Positions 46,501 to 53,719 of a stretch of DNA of 64,000 bases are shown in pieces. Each line of letters opens with the position of its first letter. Positions within the stretch are counted from its first letter, which is position 1. The notes under the pieces are model-generated. The model searched no databases. It had not been told where the DNA came from and saw nothing but the letters and a program-made list of their open reading frames with translations. The DNA is from a virus. The stretch lies in the IMG/VR virus record IMGVR_UViG_3300020601_000005; one strand, 5' to 3'. Made by a program: the position numbers and the translations under genes.

Positions 46501-47114
46501 TCACTATTGCTGCTTCGGAAACAGAATTGTTTAACACATTCAGTGAATTGCAAGTTGGCAATACAATTCGTTTTAGATACACCAATCTAGATAATTCCTT
46601 GGCAACTAAGATTGTATTCGTGGCTCAACACTTCGTTGATCCGGATGGCAATTTGGTTATTGAATTTGATACCGAAGACTTTACTGATCCAGGTTTAATG
46701 GAAACCCCATCTGGTAGAACTGTAGATATCCATTGGTTATCACATTACAATTCTGAAATTGGCGTCAATAACGGGTCAGTCACTTCTAAGTATGTTACCA
46801 AGAAAATTAACTTGGCACGTCCTTCAGAAATGTTGAGAATTATGATGGCAGCATCTATTCCTAATGATGCAGACATCGAAATTTACTACAAAACCGGTCA
46901 ATCGATCGATAGCGATTTTATTGCATCTAGATATTACCGTGCGGCTCCAACTAGTGGATATGTTAAGTCAGATTCACAGTGGACAGACCTATCATTTGAT
47001 GTTGAAAACCTAGAACCATTCACCAGCTTGATTGTTAAGATAGTGATGCGCTCGAGTAATATTGCCAAGGTTCCACGCATTAAAGACTTTAGGACAATAG
47101 CATGCGCAGCGTAA
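40566..47114 (+). CDS. Very large virion structural protein (VrlC/DUF4815-like)
   Basis: PFFDDY, ILFRPG.AVQARELTQLQ, LARRTFDESG, YTMRDIG.LE.RI, DPLAQTF, FKSQNASTW and FR.IA motifs. Confidence 0.88.
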   Translation: MAIDFNTEPFFDDYNEDKKFYRILFRPGTAVQARELTQLQTILQEQIKRHGDHIFKEGSMIIPGQVAYDLDVSYVKLKDDPTVDFAATFAAMKDQIIQDSNGTLAKVIDYTLSEANSEGTIEPNTLFVKFVASGSDELGNPLSEFSPNEQLTLIDGSTPYNIFVDDPDEIQAAIVGKAGIASVQRGVYYIRGHFVLVPEQSIILDKYSNTPSYRIGLQLVEEVIYPESDESLLDNALGSPNYSAPGAARYFIDLQLTKLSLTTTADTDFIDLLRLSNGRVIFKVERTEYAEIEKTLARRTFDESGDYTLSPFPIKPRDYRSNDRGGWSAAEKYIFGDMISIITNGINLNYFMCTDDGTSDAATEPTWSTTAASISDGTTTWEYMPYPIFNDGVYKFESGQYDFTLDDHNRLAAMVAYAIEPSKAYVKGYEISKITTEYVPAFKSRYIPAGSNNLCDYFGVEHGSLVEIDQSVSAEKTATLDLSMGSYVIAENLLFAPDLSTFEKVTLRNVALSSGTIGSTSSVIGTARVRGLELHDKGATVAEDQYKVFLFDIQMNGLNTFDQVAAIYDSSTKFKCDMVAGVDNFTVLNDPNNFSLIHQLPDYAIKEVIEANYDVVYPLTITGTEQIVSPPAGFSFDSVSGIGNYVLIMKSGGSENGSYIEYNTSGQPQIAINGSGQLEVTALESSVVYTLFATLISNGNSGFSTALSIPEDRVDYFMTEELAAPVSRVLTLQKSYVARLISVMQDTGDFDNPTGTYGVDITNRYTLDSGQRDTHISVGKLSLAPNAPAPTAPLKVTYEYIMPSGDSGGKLFTVDSYIAENSNISYASIPSFSLNQLRDCLDFRPYALDSANTFYTRFMPKFGRNAVFKYHAYLARVDCLSLNTKGQYVVSYGIPDDINPQEPTIPTEAMKLAVVNVEPYTFSSDGLEVSRVENKRYTMRDIGKLERRIKDLEYYTSLSMLEADTSNMRIVDSNGLDRFQNGFLVDTFDGQGIGNTASNEWNASIDSKKKELRPFFAQRQVDLLENVDKATRDYSILGDIITMPISSEIDMISQLRASKDISVNPYDLFTFKGIMYLNPWSDTWFSTDRRPDIIINDDGQYNALVAKAESDGVLGSVWNAWQLVSQGEPVTIGSKLDVISSNAQSNRFAKIDTDLINSGGSGVGNGPYWRSRASFTSEELGAIGLNPAQAGNWGYLRSSTASSVAGSRVLTIETDAVETISSRSGKRTFIEDKIDSRVVDDKVVETRVVPYIRPRAVLFTASGLKPSTEVNGFFDGIKVDQYITRAQTIRVQLITGYGSTFDTARNCGSDVSKIERLIEQPAYGQGTINVVNNSTAVVGYTTGFLSEFIATDFIIIDGTEYRIAEVTDNTNLVLETPYTGQTADEIAYKRRIPGVANSEVEVAFNHGEVIRDSVTGATAIVVGQEAHKINATTTHYYLHILNIKKGNSSSAFSTASAAFLEGQYTNTDGNGGRKPRVKYVNTPSAENPARKIKTSLTGQLHGIFRIPNNPKDRFRTGVRELVFTDSGNPKESGNTSTTAVYEANGVVTVKQRTVISTRTGSLKVEDLDPESNAIITTTDRLTRDTGWFDPLAQTFMVQEEGGAFISSVDLFFSAVDTNIPVRIEIREVVNGYPGQIVLPFSRVFKKPADVYTSATGTVATTFRFESPVYVQEGTEYALVVLSDSAAFRVHIAETGAEDYNGNKISSQPYNGVFFKSQNASTWTASQMEDLKFVMKKSQFTSGTYEVELVPPKTNLRNLDYHPFAFVQGSKKVRVAHRNHGFVVGETVEISTRQTITDINGFLAADIFKTHTIISAEEDSYVIELTSSATAADATGREGGAYIYATENYEFSTAMLNAAVTAVSGTSISYVLKTVDHAGQSYFNTLVNGENTSFNTPRVLTHSLENTTDVVVTAKLSSTNPNVSPVLDVGRIALTMVNNKVDSPRALTVNDPDLDEYILANTTTINDTTAPMSLTGTNTITIAASETELFNTFSELQVGNTIRFRYTNLDNSLATKIVFVAQHFVDPDGNLVIEFDTEDFTDPGLMETPSGRTVDIHWLSHYNSEIGVNNGSVTSKYVTKKINLARPSEMLRIMMAASIPNDADIEIYYKTGQSIDSDFIASRYYRAAPTSGYVKSDSQWTDLSFDVENLEPFTSLIVKIVMRSSNIAKVPRIKDFRTIACAA

Positions 47115-47347
47115 ATATTCAATATTTACAGGTAGAAGATAATACGTCTCTGATACGGGACGTATCTTCCAATGCTGTTATAAATAATAATGACGTTGAG
47201 TATGAGCAATACCGACGTAGAAAAGATGTATTGGTACGTCAGAACACACAGATCCAGAATCAAGTGAAAGAGATCGATTCTCTTAGACGTGATATGACAG
47301 AAATAAAACAAATGTTAAGTGCACTACTATTAAAGGCCGATAAATGA
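47102..47347 (+). CDS. Small coiled-coil protein
   Basis: L.RD..S.A.IN and EIKQML motifs; start uncertain. Confidence 0.7.
   Translation: MRSVNIQYLQVEDNTSLIRDVSSNAVINNNDVEYEQYRRRKDVLVRQNTQIQNQVKEIDSLRRDMTEIKQMLSALLLKADK
47179..47186 (+). promoter_or_regulatory. T4-type late promoter
   Basis: TATAAATA upstream of the 47344 gene. Confidence 0.6.
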
Positions 47348-49785
47348 CAGCTATCTTAAACCCAGTTAAAGTTGCTACCAATGCGCCACTTTCTGCAACA
47401 GCTTATGTGGAAGGCAACTATATTGATTCGCCATTAAGAATTGATGACGTCAATATCTACCTTGATGATAGAGTTTTATTTAAATCTCAGACCAGTGCGG
47501 TAGAAAACGGAGTATATGTTGTAGCATCCGTTAGTTTAACTGAAATAGTTGGTGGTGCAACTCAACTTCGTAATGTATTAGTTCGAGCGGATGATATGTT
47601 GGCAGATGCAGATGTTTTTGCATCCACTATTGTGTTTGTTCAAGAAGGCACTCTATTTGCAGATACTGGTTGGGTTATTACTTCGGCTCCTGCTGCCGGT
47701 GATACGCCACTTACGGTTGGAACAAATACATTAACGTTTGTAAGATTTACTATTAATCCAAACGTAGCTCTTGGCGATGCCGTATTATCTACTTTAGTAT
47801 TACGTAGAGACAAAGGTTATCCACTAACCAACGATGAATTAGATAATAACTTTAAATATTTAGGATTATCCTTATCAGAAAAAGTAGATATTGAAAACTA
47901 TACTCCCGAAGTTATCGTTGGTAAAATCGCAGAGTTAACTTATGCTCAAGCGAATATTGATGCCAACCGCGTGCATGGTTATTACCCGTCAGAAGCTGCT
48001 TTAGACATCAACTATCCAGAGCAAACTACAGTTGCTTTAAGAACTGCAAACAGCGAGATCTTTGCAAATACATTCATTGGCGATTTGGATGGAAGTGCTG
48101 CCTTGTTAGAAGGCGAAGACAAGATATTCTACACTAACGTTAATAATATTACATCCGGCCAATTGGCAATTGAACATGGTGGAACTGCAGCAACCAATGC
48201 AGCAACTGCGCGTACAAACTTATTAGTATTAGGTACCCAGGGTACTGAGGCGATGACTGGCAAGTTAACTCTTGCCGCGGCGACTGCTGATAGAGCCTCT
48301 ATTAATATGACTAGCGGCACTGCTCCAACACTAAAAGTGCATGGTGACATGTATGCTGAAAATAATCAGCTCAAATATACTAATGCAGCTCTCCAAACTA
48401 AGACTGTTGCATTCTTAGAGTCGCCAGTAATCGTAACTCCAACACTATTGGATAATCCAGCTTCTAGTAGCGATAGTAAAGCCGTAGCCACTACACATTT
48501 TGTTAAAAACAATTTAGATATGGTAGAGTCTGGATTACAGACACAAATAAACACTAAAGCACCTATCGCGTCTCCAACTTTGACTGGTGTTCCAAAGGCT
48601 CCGGATATTGGAAAAACTTCAACATCTCAGATTGCCACAAAGACTTACGTTGATGGTTCAATCGTCACTAATAATAATTTTTATTATACTAAGGCACAGA
48701 TTGATACAACATTCTCAAATCTAAAGGGCGGATCAACCAGAACCCTTGAACAAATCGACAATGATGTACAAGATGCTTTAGCTAATGTTGGAATTCCTGT
48801 CGGTAGTATAGTATACTTTGCCGCTAATTCAGTACCATATGGTTGGTTAGAGGCTAATGGTGCATGGCTTTCACAATTAACATATCCTAGATTATATGAA
48901 GTTATTGGTGGAACATATGGACGAACTACGACTAAGTTTAGACTCCCAGATTTAAGGGGCGAGTTTATTCGAGGTCATGACAACGGAAGAGGCGTTGACC
49001 CTAGTCGTATATTCGGATCAAATCAACTTGATGAATTTAAGTCACACACTCATACTTTATGGGGAAATGATCGCGGTACAGCTAGTAATCAAAAATACGC
49101 ACCTGGTTTGTACAAAGACGATGCCGAAGGATTTACAGGAAACGCTTCGCAAATTGGAGAACCAAATACAATTAGACCAACAGGTGGAGTTGAAACACGC
49201 CCTCGCAACGTTGCAATGAAAGCGTGTATTAAGGTTTTCGGCGAGGTGGATGACGCGGATCAAATTTTAGCTGCTGCTGTTATTGGAGATGTAAATAACA
49301 AGCTAGATAAAGCCGGTGGTTCTATGACTGGATTTTTGACGCTTCATTCAAATCCAACATCATTATTGCACGCAGCAACAAAAAGCTATGTTGATACTTC
49401 TATTGACAATGTCTCGTTGTTGCCAGGTCCTAGAGGTCTTACTGGACCAACAGGCCCTCAGGGAGCACGAGGACCAACGGGTCCGGCCGGTCCATCTATA
49501 AAAATCACATCTGGTTATAATTATACTGCTAGTTATACGAATATAGTAGGAAACTGGCATAATTCCTATAACTATTTTGATGTGTATCCACCATCTGGGT
49601 ATTCCATGTCAAATTTGCGTGGTTTTATTGCATCAATTCACGTTATTCATTATGCCGGTGGTGTTGATGGTAACGATTCAATACGATGCGTATATCAATA
49701 TTACTCAAATAGAATCCGGGTATGGGTGCAAGGCACAGAACAAAGATCAAATCCTGCAGCAAACTGGTTTGCTGCTTGGTCCTAA
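47344..49785 (+). CDS. Tail fibre with collar domain and short collagen segment
   Basis: P.GW..ANG, F.LPDLRGEFIRG.D.GRG.D, HTH and ETRPRNVA motifs; about 7 GXY triplets. Confidence 0.88.
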   Translation: MTAILNPVKVATNAPLSATAYVEGNYIDSPLRIDDVNIYLDDRVLFKSQTSAVENGVYVVASVSLTEIVGGATQLRNVLVRADDMLADADVFASTIVFVQEGTLFADTGWVITSAPAAGDTPLTVGTNTLTFVRFTINPNVALGDAVLSTLVLRRDKGYPLTNDELDNNFKYLGLSLSEKVDIENYTPEVIVGKIAELTYAQANIDANRVHGYYPSEAALDINYPEQTTVALRTANSEIFANTFIGDLDGSAALLEGEDKIFYTNVNNITSGQLAIEHGGTAATNAATARTNLLVLGTQGTEAMTGKLTLAAATADRASINMTSGTAPTLKVHGDMYAENNQLKYTNAALQTKTVAFLESPVIVTPTLLDNPASSSDSKAVATTHFVKNNLDMVESGLQTQINTKAPIASPTLTGVPKAPDIGKTSTSQIATKTYVDGSIVTNNNFYYTKAQIDTTFSNLKGGSTRTLEQIDNDVQDALANVGIPVGSIVYFAANSVPYGWLEANGAWLSQLTYPRLYEVIGGTYGRTTTKFRLPDLRGEFIRGHDNGRGVDPSRIFGSNQLDEFKSHTHTLWGNDRGTASNQKYAPGLYKDDAEGFTGNASQIGEPNTIRPTGGVETRPRNVAMKACIKVFGEVDDADQILAAAVIGDVNNKLDKAGGSMTGFLTLHSNPTSLLHAATKSYVDTSIDNVSLLPGPRGLTGPTGPQGARGPTGPAGPSIKITSGYNYTASYTNIVGNWHNSYNYFDVYPPSGYSMSNLRGFIASIHVIHYAGGVDGNDSIRCVYQYYSNRIRVWVQGTEQRSNPAANWFAAWS

Positions 49786-49804
49786 TTAAACAATTGAGGT
49801 AAAA

Positions 49805-50164
49805 ATGTATTACGTATACTTAGAAGATTCGCAAATTACTTCGATATTAAATTACGAAGCAAATGTCCCGGACACGATAACGGCCGTACAAATTAGTGAT
49901 GAAGATTATGATGAAATGCATCAGCAGTATCCAACCAAGAAGTTTGACATAGCTACTCTTAGCGTGGTTCCAGTTGATAATTCTGCGCAGGAGGCATTAG
50001 ATAAATCTAATGCCCAGAATAGAGAAATATTAAATTCTACTGATTGGAAAGTGATGCGCCATATTCGTGAACTAGCACTTGGACTAGATACATCATTGAG
50101 CGAAGAAGAATACTTGTCGTTAGAACAAGAGCGTGCCGCAGCTGCATCACGAATCGTTCAATAA
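49805..50164 (+). CDS. Putative tail fibre assembly chaperone
   Basis: Follows the fibre; L.STDWKV.R motif; SD GAGG. Confidence 0.7.
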   Translation: MYYVYLEDSQITSILNYEANVPDTITAVQISDEDYDEMHQQYPTKKFDIATLSVVPVDNSAQEALDKSNAQNREILNSTDWKVMRHIRELALGLDTSLSEEEYLSLEQERAAAASRIVQ

Positions 50165-50168
50165 GCTG

Positions 50169-50176
50169 TATAAATA
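50169..50176 (+). promoter_or_regulatory. T4-type late promoter
   Basis: Intergenic TATAAATA. Confidence 0.8.
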
Positions 50177-50202
50177 GTAATAACCGAATTCAGGAATATT
50201 AG

Positions 50203-51027
50203 ATGGCTTACTTAAATTTTAGAACCGCTGCACCGCACTTAATTAATACACAAGATGTAGTTAAGGATAACGGTCTCGGCAATGCCGATATTGATAATAA
50301 CTTTAATACTATTAACCAACTTAAGTTGGAAAATAACGGCTATGATGTAGCGGATTTACTATACGCGGGTAGTGATGGTGAGTTGACGACTCTCAGCAAG
50401 GGAAGTGGCGGACAGTATCTAGTAATGAATCAAAGTGGTACTGCTCCAGAGTGGACGGACAATGTTATATCTTGGACCGGTATTACGGATAAACCTACTG
50501 AATTTCCTCCTACAAAAGCCAGTAATGTAACTATTGGCGGAGTTAAGGCCGACGTGGTAGGAAACACTACGTTTATTGATGAAAATGGCGTAATTGTTGC
50601 CAACATTCCATCTTTAGTTGAAGAAGATGTAATAGTAAAAAGCTTGTACACAAATAGTGTACAGGAAAAAATTAACTATAAAACAAATGCAACTGGAACG
50701 GTGCAACATAACTATACTAGTGGTACTATTTGGTATCACACTTTGTTATCTTCTAACTTCACTGCTTCATTTACTAATGTACCAAACACCGCTAATACAA
50801 GTACGGTATTTGTTTTAATATTAGATCACACTGGTCCGGTAAAAGCAAGACCTGTTGCGGTTCAAATTAACGGAACTACTAGAACTGTTTATTGGTTAAA
50901 CGGTAGATTACCGGATGAAAATCCAGGAGGATATTTAACGGTATCTTTTACATTACTAAATACTGGAACAGATACTAGCCCGGTATGGCTAGTATTTGGA
51001 CAGGGATTAGCGCATACGACAGTTTAA
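50203..51027 (+). CDS. Putative fibre/structural protein
   Basis: L...DIDNNF attachment-like motif shared with the 47344 protein (LTNDELDNNF); W..ITDKP. Confidence 0.7.
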   Translation: MAYLNFRTAAPHLINTQDVVKDNGLGNADIDNNFNTINQLKLENNGYDVADLLYAGSDGELTTLSKGSGGQYLVMNQSGTAPEWTDNVISWTGITDKPTEFPPTKASNVTIGGVKADVVGNTTFIDENGVIVANIPSLVEEDVIVKSLYTNSVQEKINYKTNATGTVQHNYTSGTIWYHTLLSSNFTASFTNVPNTANTSTVFVLILDHTGPVKARPVAVQINGTTRTVYWLNGRLPDENPGGYLTVSFTLLNTGTDTSPVWLVFGQGLAHTTV

Positions 51028-51039
51028 TAGGAATATATT

Positions 51040-52410
51040 ATGCCATTTTTAGATTCTATCAGTAGCACTTCTTCATGGTGGGCACCAGGTACCGCAGAGG
51101 ATATACCTGATGAATTATTGGTTTTCCCTGAAGGTACGGTGTTTTTAAGCGTGTTTAAAAATATTACTCCTACTAGCACCCCGCCTGAGTCAGATATACC
51201 CAACGAATATTTTTCTTATAACTACTCAGTAGGAGTTAGATATAATTATGTGACTACGTATAGTTTGCCGTCCCATTATTATATTGGGGGTGATTCTCAA
51301 AATAATACTTTTACTATAAATGTCGATAATAATAGGGGCTACGGCGCGCAAGTTGGAAATGCCTATGTAAACGCTACTACGAATAATAGCGGGGGTCATT
51401 CTGGGGGCAATTTGAGCAGCTATCAAACACCAGCGACCAGGTATTCCATCAACAGCTATGTGTATACTACAAATTACGCGTCGAGCTATCACAGTCATTC
51501 TCATTCATCCTGGAAATTTCCTAGTATAACATATCAAACATTGTATACTAAACCTAAAAGGCTTAGAGCCCCGACAAAATATGGTCCTCCGGGGGCAGTG
51601 ATAATGAGCGCTAATTCAAATTCTAGAGGCAAACAATTGAGAGAGTTATATCCGGATATGATCGGAGATTTTTATGTAGCATTTACCCCAGGAGATGACA
51701 CGATATGGAATAAAGGCGATTCTAATCATTATGTGTCATCAGATGACGCAAATTCAATACAATATACCACTCTGATTAATTCAGCTGATAGCAATACCAC
51801 AGCAATATCGCATATTCATACCTATGCATCTGGTAATTACTATGGGTTCCGTCAAACGTACTCGTATGCCTATTACAAGTCAGGTAGCAACGAGAGCTAC
51901 GCTGGCGCCCACGAACATCAAGCCACTGGATCTTATCAAGTAAAACATGTAAATGCCACTAGAATATGGAAGGCATTTGTACAGGACGAATATTTTAGAC
52001 CTTCTCCAGACATGATTGTATTATTTGATGGAGACATTACTGACTTGCCGAGAAACTGGAAAGTTTGTAACGGATTAAATGGTACTCCAGATTTAAGAGG
52101 TGGCATAATGTGTTGGAATTCTGAAAATAGATATGCAAATGATACTAAACGCAGTGCTTCTGGTTACTCGTACGCACAGCTTGACGATCCTACCCCAATT
52201 AAAACTAGCCATGCTCATACTGGATCTTATTATTCATTTTATGCAGGCAATGTGCAGCTACAGTACACGAGCCAACGCACGTTTCATAATTCCATAAATT
52301 ATGACCACCAGCATACCAGGTCCAGCACCACCGCAAATATCTCGGTAACTGATCCATTAACGACAAAAAAATACCAATTCAAATATATACAATTTAAGTA
52401 TCCACTATAA
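51040..52410 (+). CDS. Putative receptor-binding fibre with collar and HxH motifs
   Basis: P.NW..CNG.NGTPDLR; HSH, HIH, HEH, HAH and HQH motifs; Ser/Tyr-rich. Confidence 0.7.
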   Translation: MPFLDSISSTSSWWAPGTAEDIPDELLVFPEGTVFLSVFKNITPTSTPPESDIPNEYFSYNYSVGVRYNYVTTYSLPSHYYIGGDSQNNTFTINVDNNRGYGAQVGNAYVNATTNNSGGHSGGNLSSYQTPATRYSINSYVYTTNYASSYHSHSHSSWKFPSITYQTLYTKPKRLRAPTKYGPPGAVIMSANSNSRGKQLRELYPDMIGDFYVAFTPGDDTIWNKGDSNHYVSSDDANSIQYTTLINSADSNTTAISHIHTYASGNYYGFRQTYSYAYYKSGSNESYAGAHEHQATGSYQVKHVNATRIWKAFVQDEYFRPSPDMIVLFDGDITDLPRNWKVCNGLNGTPDLRGGIMCWNSENRYANDTKRSASGYSYAQLDDPTPIKTSHAHTGSYYSFYAGNVQLQYTSQRTFHNSINYDHQHTRSSTTANISVTDPLTTKKYQFKYIQFKYPL

Positions 52411-52420
52411 AGGAATAGCA

Positions 52421-53086
52421 ATGGAATCCGAAAACGATATTATTGAGGGTCTTCCTCCAATAGAAGAAAGAAGTCTATCATTTACATTTGATGCTGATAC
52501 CTTGCAATTTATGATGTCAATTGTAGGCCACAGATTTAATTGCAATGCGGAAGTGTTTTATCAAAAATTTCCTGATTTTAAATATGCGAAGAATGTGGTC
52601 TACATTCAGTACTATGAAATTAGAGATGAATTTGTAGTTCATAGAAAATATCCTGATAATCCAATAATAGACCAAGATACTTCTAGAATATGCATTGAGT
52701 GGGATTGGATCCAAGAAAATAAAGATGCATTGAAGCGCGTTTGTTATGAGGAGGTTTTATTCCAAATACAGGATATTCAATATGGAGTAGAAAAGAGAGT
52801 TATAGCGACATTAGATGAAACAGATTATCTAGTGACTCGTCATGCTGAGGAATCATTGGCTGGCAGCGATACTACGATTACTGCAGAAGAATTTACTCAG
52901 ATTGTTGAATATAGAAAAGCTCTCAGAGCCGCAATGAAAGAAGAAAGGGCGTTGGGTAAAGAATTACACTTATCCGAAATGGTATTGCCAGAACCTCCTC
53001 CAATATTGCAAGATAGAGTTTTTACTACTGAAAAAGCTAGAGAAGAAGCTGAATACTATAAATTACAACAAGCACAAATAGAGTGA
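52421..53086 (+). CDS. Putative fibre chaperone
   Basis: L.ETDY..R...YRKALR...P.PP C-terminal motif. Confidence 0.6.
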   Translation: MESENDIIEGLPPIEERSLSFTFDADTLQFMMSIVGHRFNCNAEVFYQKFPDFKYAKNVVYIQYYEIRDEFVVHRKYPDNPIIDQDTSRICIEWDWIQENKDALKRVCYEEVLFQIQDIQYGVEKRVIATLDETDYLVTRHAEESLAGSDTTITAEEFTQIVEYRKALRAAMKEERALGKELHLSEMVLPEPPPILQDRVFTTEKAREEAEYYKLQQAQIE

Positions 53087-53098
53087 TTGTTTAAATCA

Positions 53099-53106
53099 TA
53101 TAAATA
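53099..53106 (+). promoter_or_regulatory. T4-type late promoter
   Basis: Intergenic TATAAATA. Confidence 0.8.
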
Positions 53107-53129
53107 TTAGAAAGAATATCGGAGTATAA

Positions 53130-53462
53130 ATGGCTGTATCATCCAACCTTTATGTAGATCAGGGAACTGATTTTACGGCAATCGTGAACCTGCAAAATAT
53201 TTCGGGAGGGGCATTTGACCTCTCTAATTATTCTTTGCGCGCTCAAATGCGCAAAAATTATACTTCAACCACGTATATTGAATTTACGACTATTATTAGC
53301 GATGCCTTTAACGGTGTTTGCGAAATAAGATTGTCACCTACTGATACCGACGGTCTAAGACCTGGACGTTATGTATACGACGTGGAAGCAGTTTCACCTC
53401 AAGGGACGGTATACCGTGTTGTTGAGGGTATTGTGGAAATCATACCTAACGTAACGAGATAA
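53130..53462 (+). CDS. Conserved structural protein (BppU-N-like adaptor)
   Basis: NL.VDQG.DF, AQMRK.Y, GRYVYDVE, RVVEG and P.VT motifs. Confidence 0.8.
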   Translation: MAVSSNLYVDQGTDFTAIVNLQNISGGAFDLSNYSLRAQMRKNYTSTTYIEFTTIISDAFNGVCEIRLSPTDTDGLRPGRYVYDVEAVSPQGTVYRVVEGIVEIIPNVTR

Positions 53463-53464
53463 AA

Positions 53465-53719
53465 ATGGCTACACAGAATATTACAGCTACGGTAACACAG
53501 GGTAATGCATTATCTGGGCTAGCTAGCCCAGGTTCGACGGTAGATGTCGCAGGCATTGCAATCGGAGGGGTAAGATTGTCAGAATTGTCGGATGTTGTTA
53601 TTGACGATAAAGATAAAAAAACGGGAGCATTAATGACATACGATGCAAGTACTGGGGGATTTAAAGTACTGACCGAAATAAACGCACCAGCATTAAAATT
53701 AACCGGAGGGGCATTCTAA
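53465..53719 (+). CDS. Small structural protein
   Basis: L.ELSDV repeat; ends GG.F like the next gene. Confidence 0.7.
   Translation: MATQNITATVTQGNALSGLASPGSTVDVAGIAIGGVRLSELSDVVIDDKDKKTGALMTYDASTGGFKVLTEINAPALKLTGGAF

Noticed and set aside
47344-52410. Diversity-generating retroelement acting on the fibre tips
   Set aside because: No reverse transcriptase and no TR/VR pair with adenine-specific mismatches seen in the window
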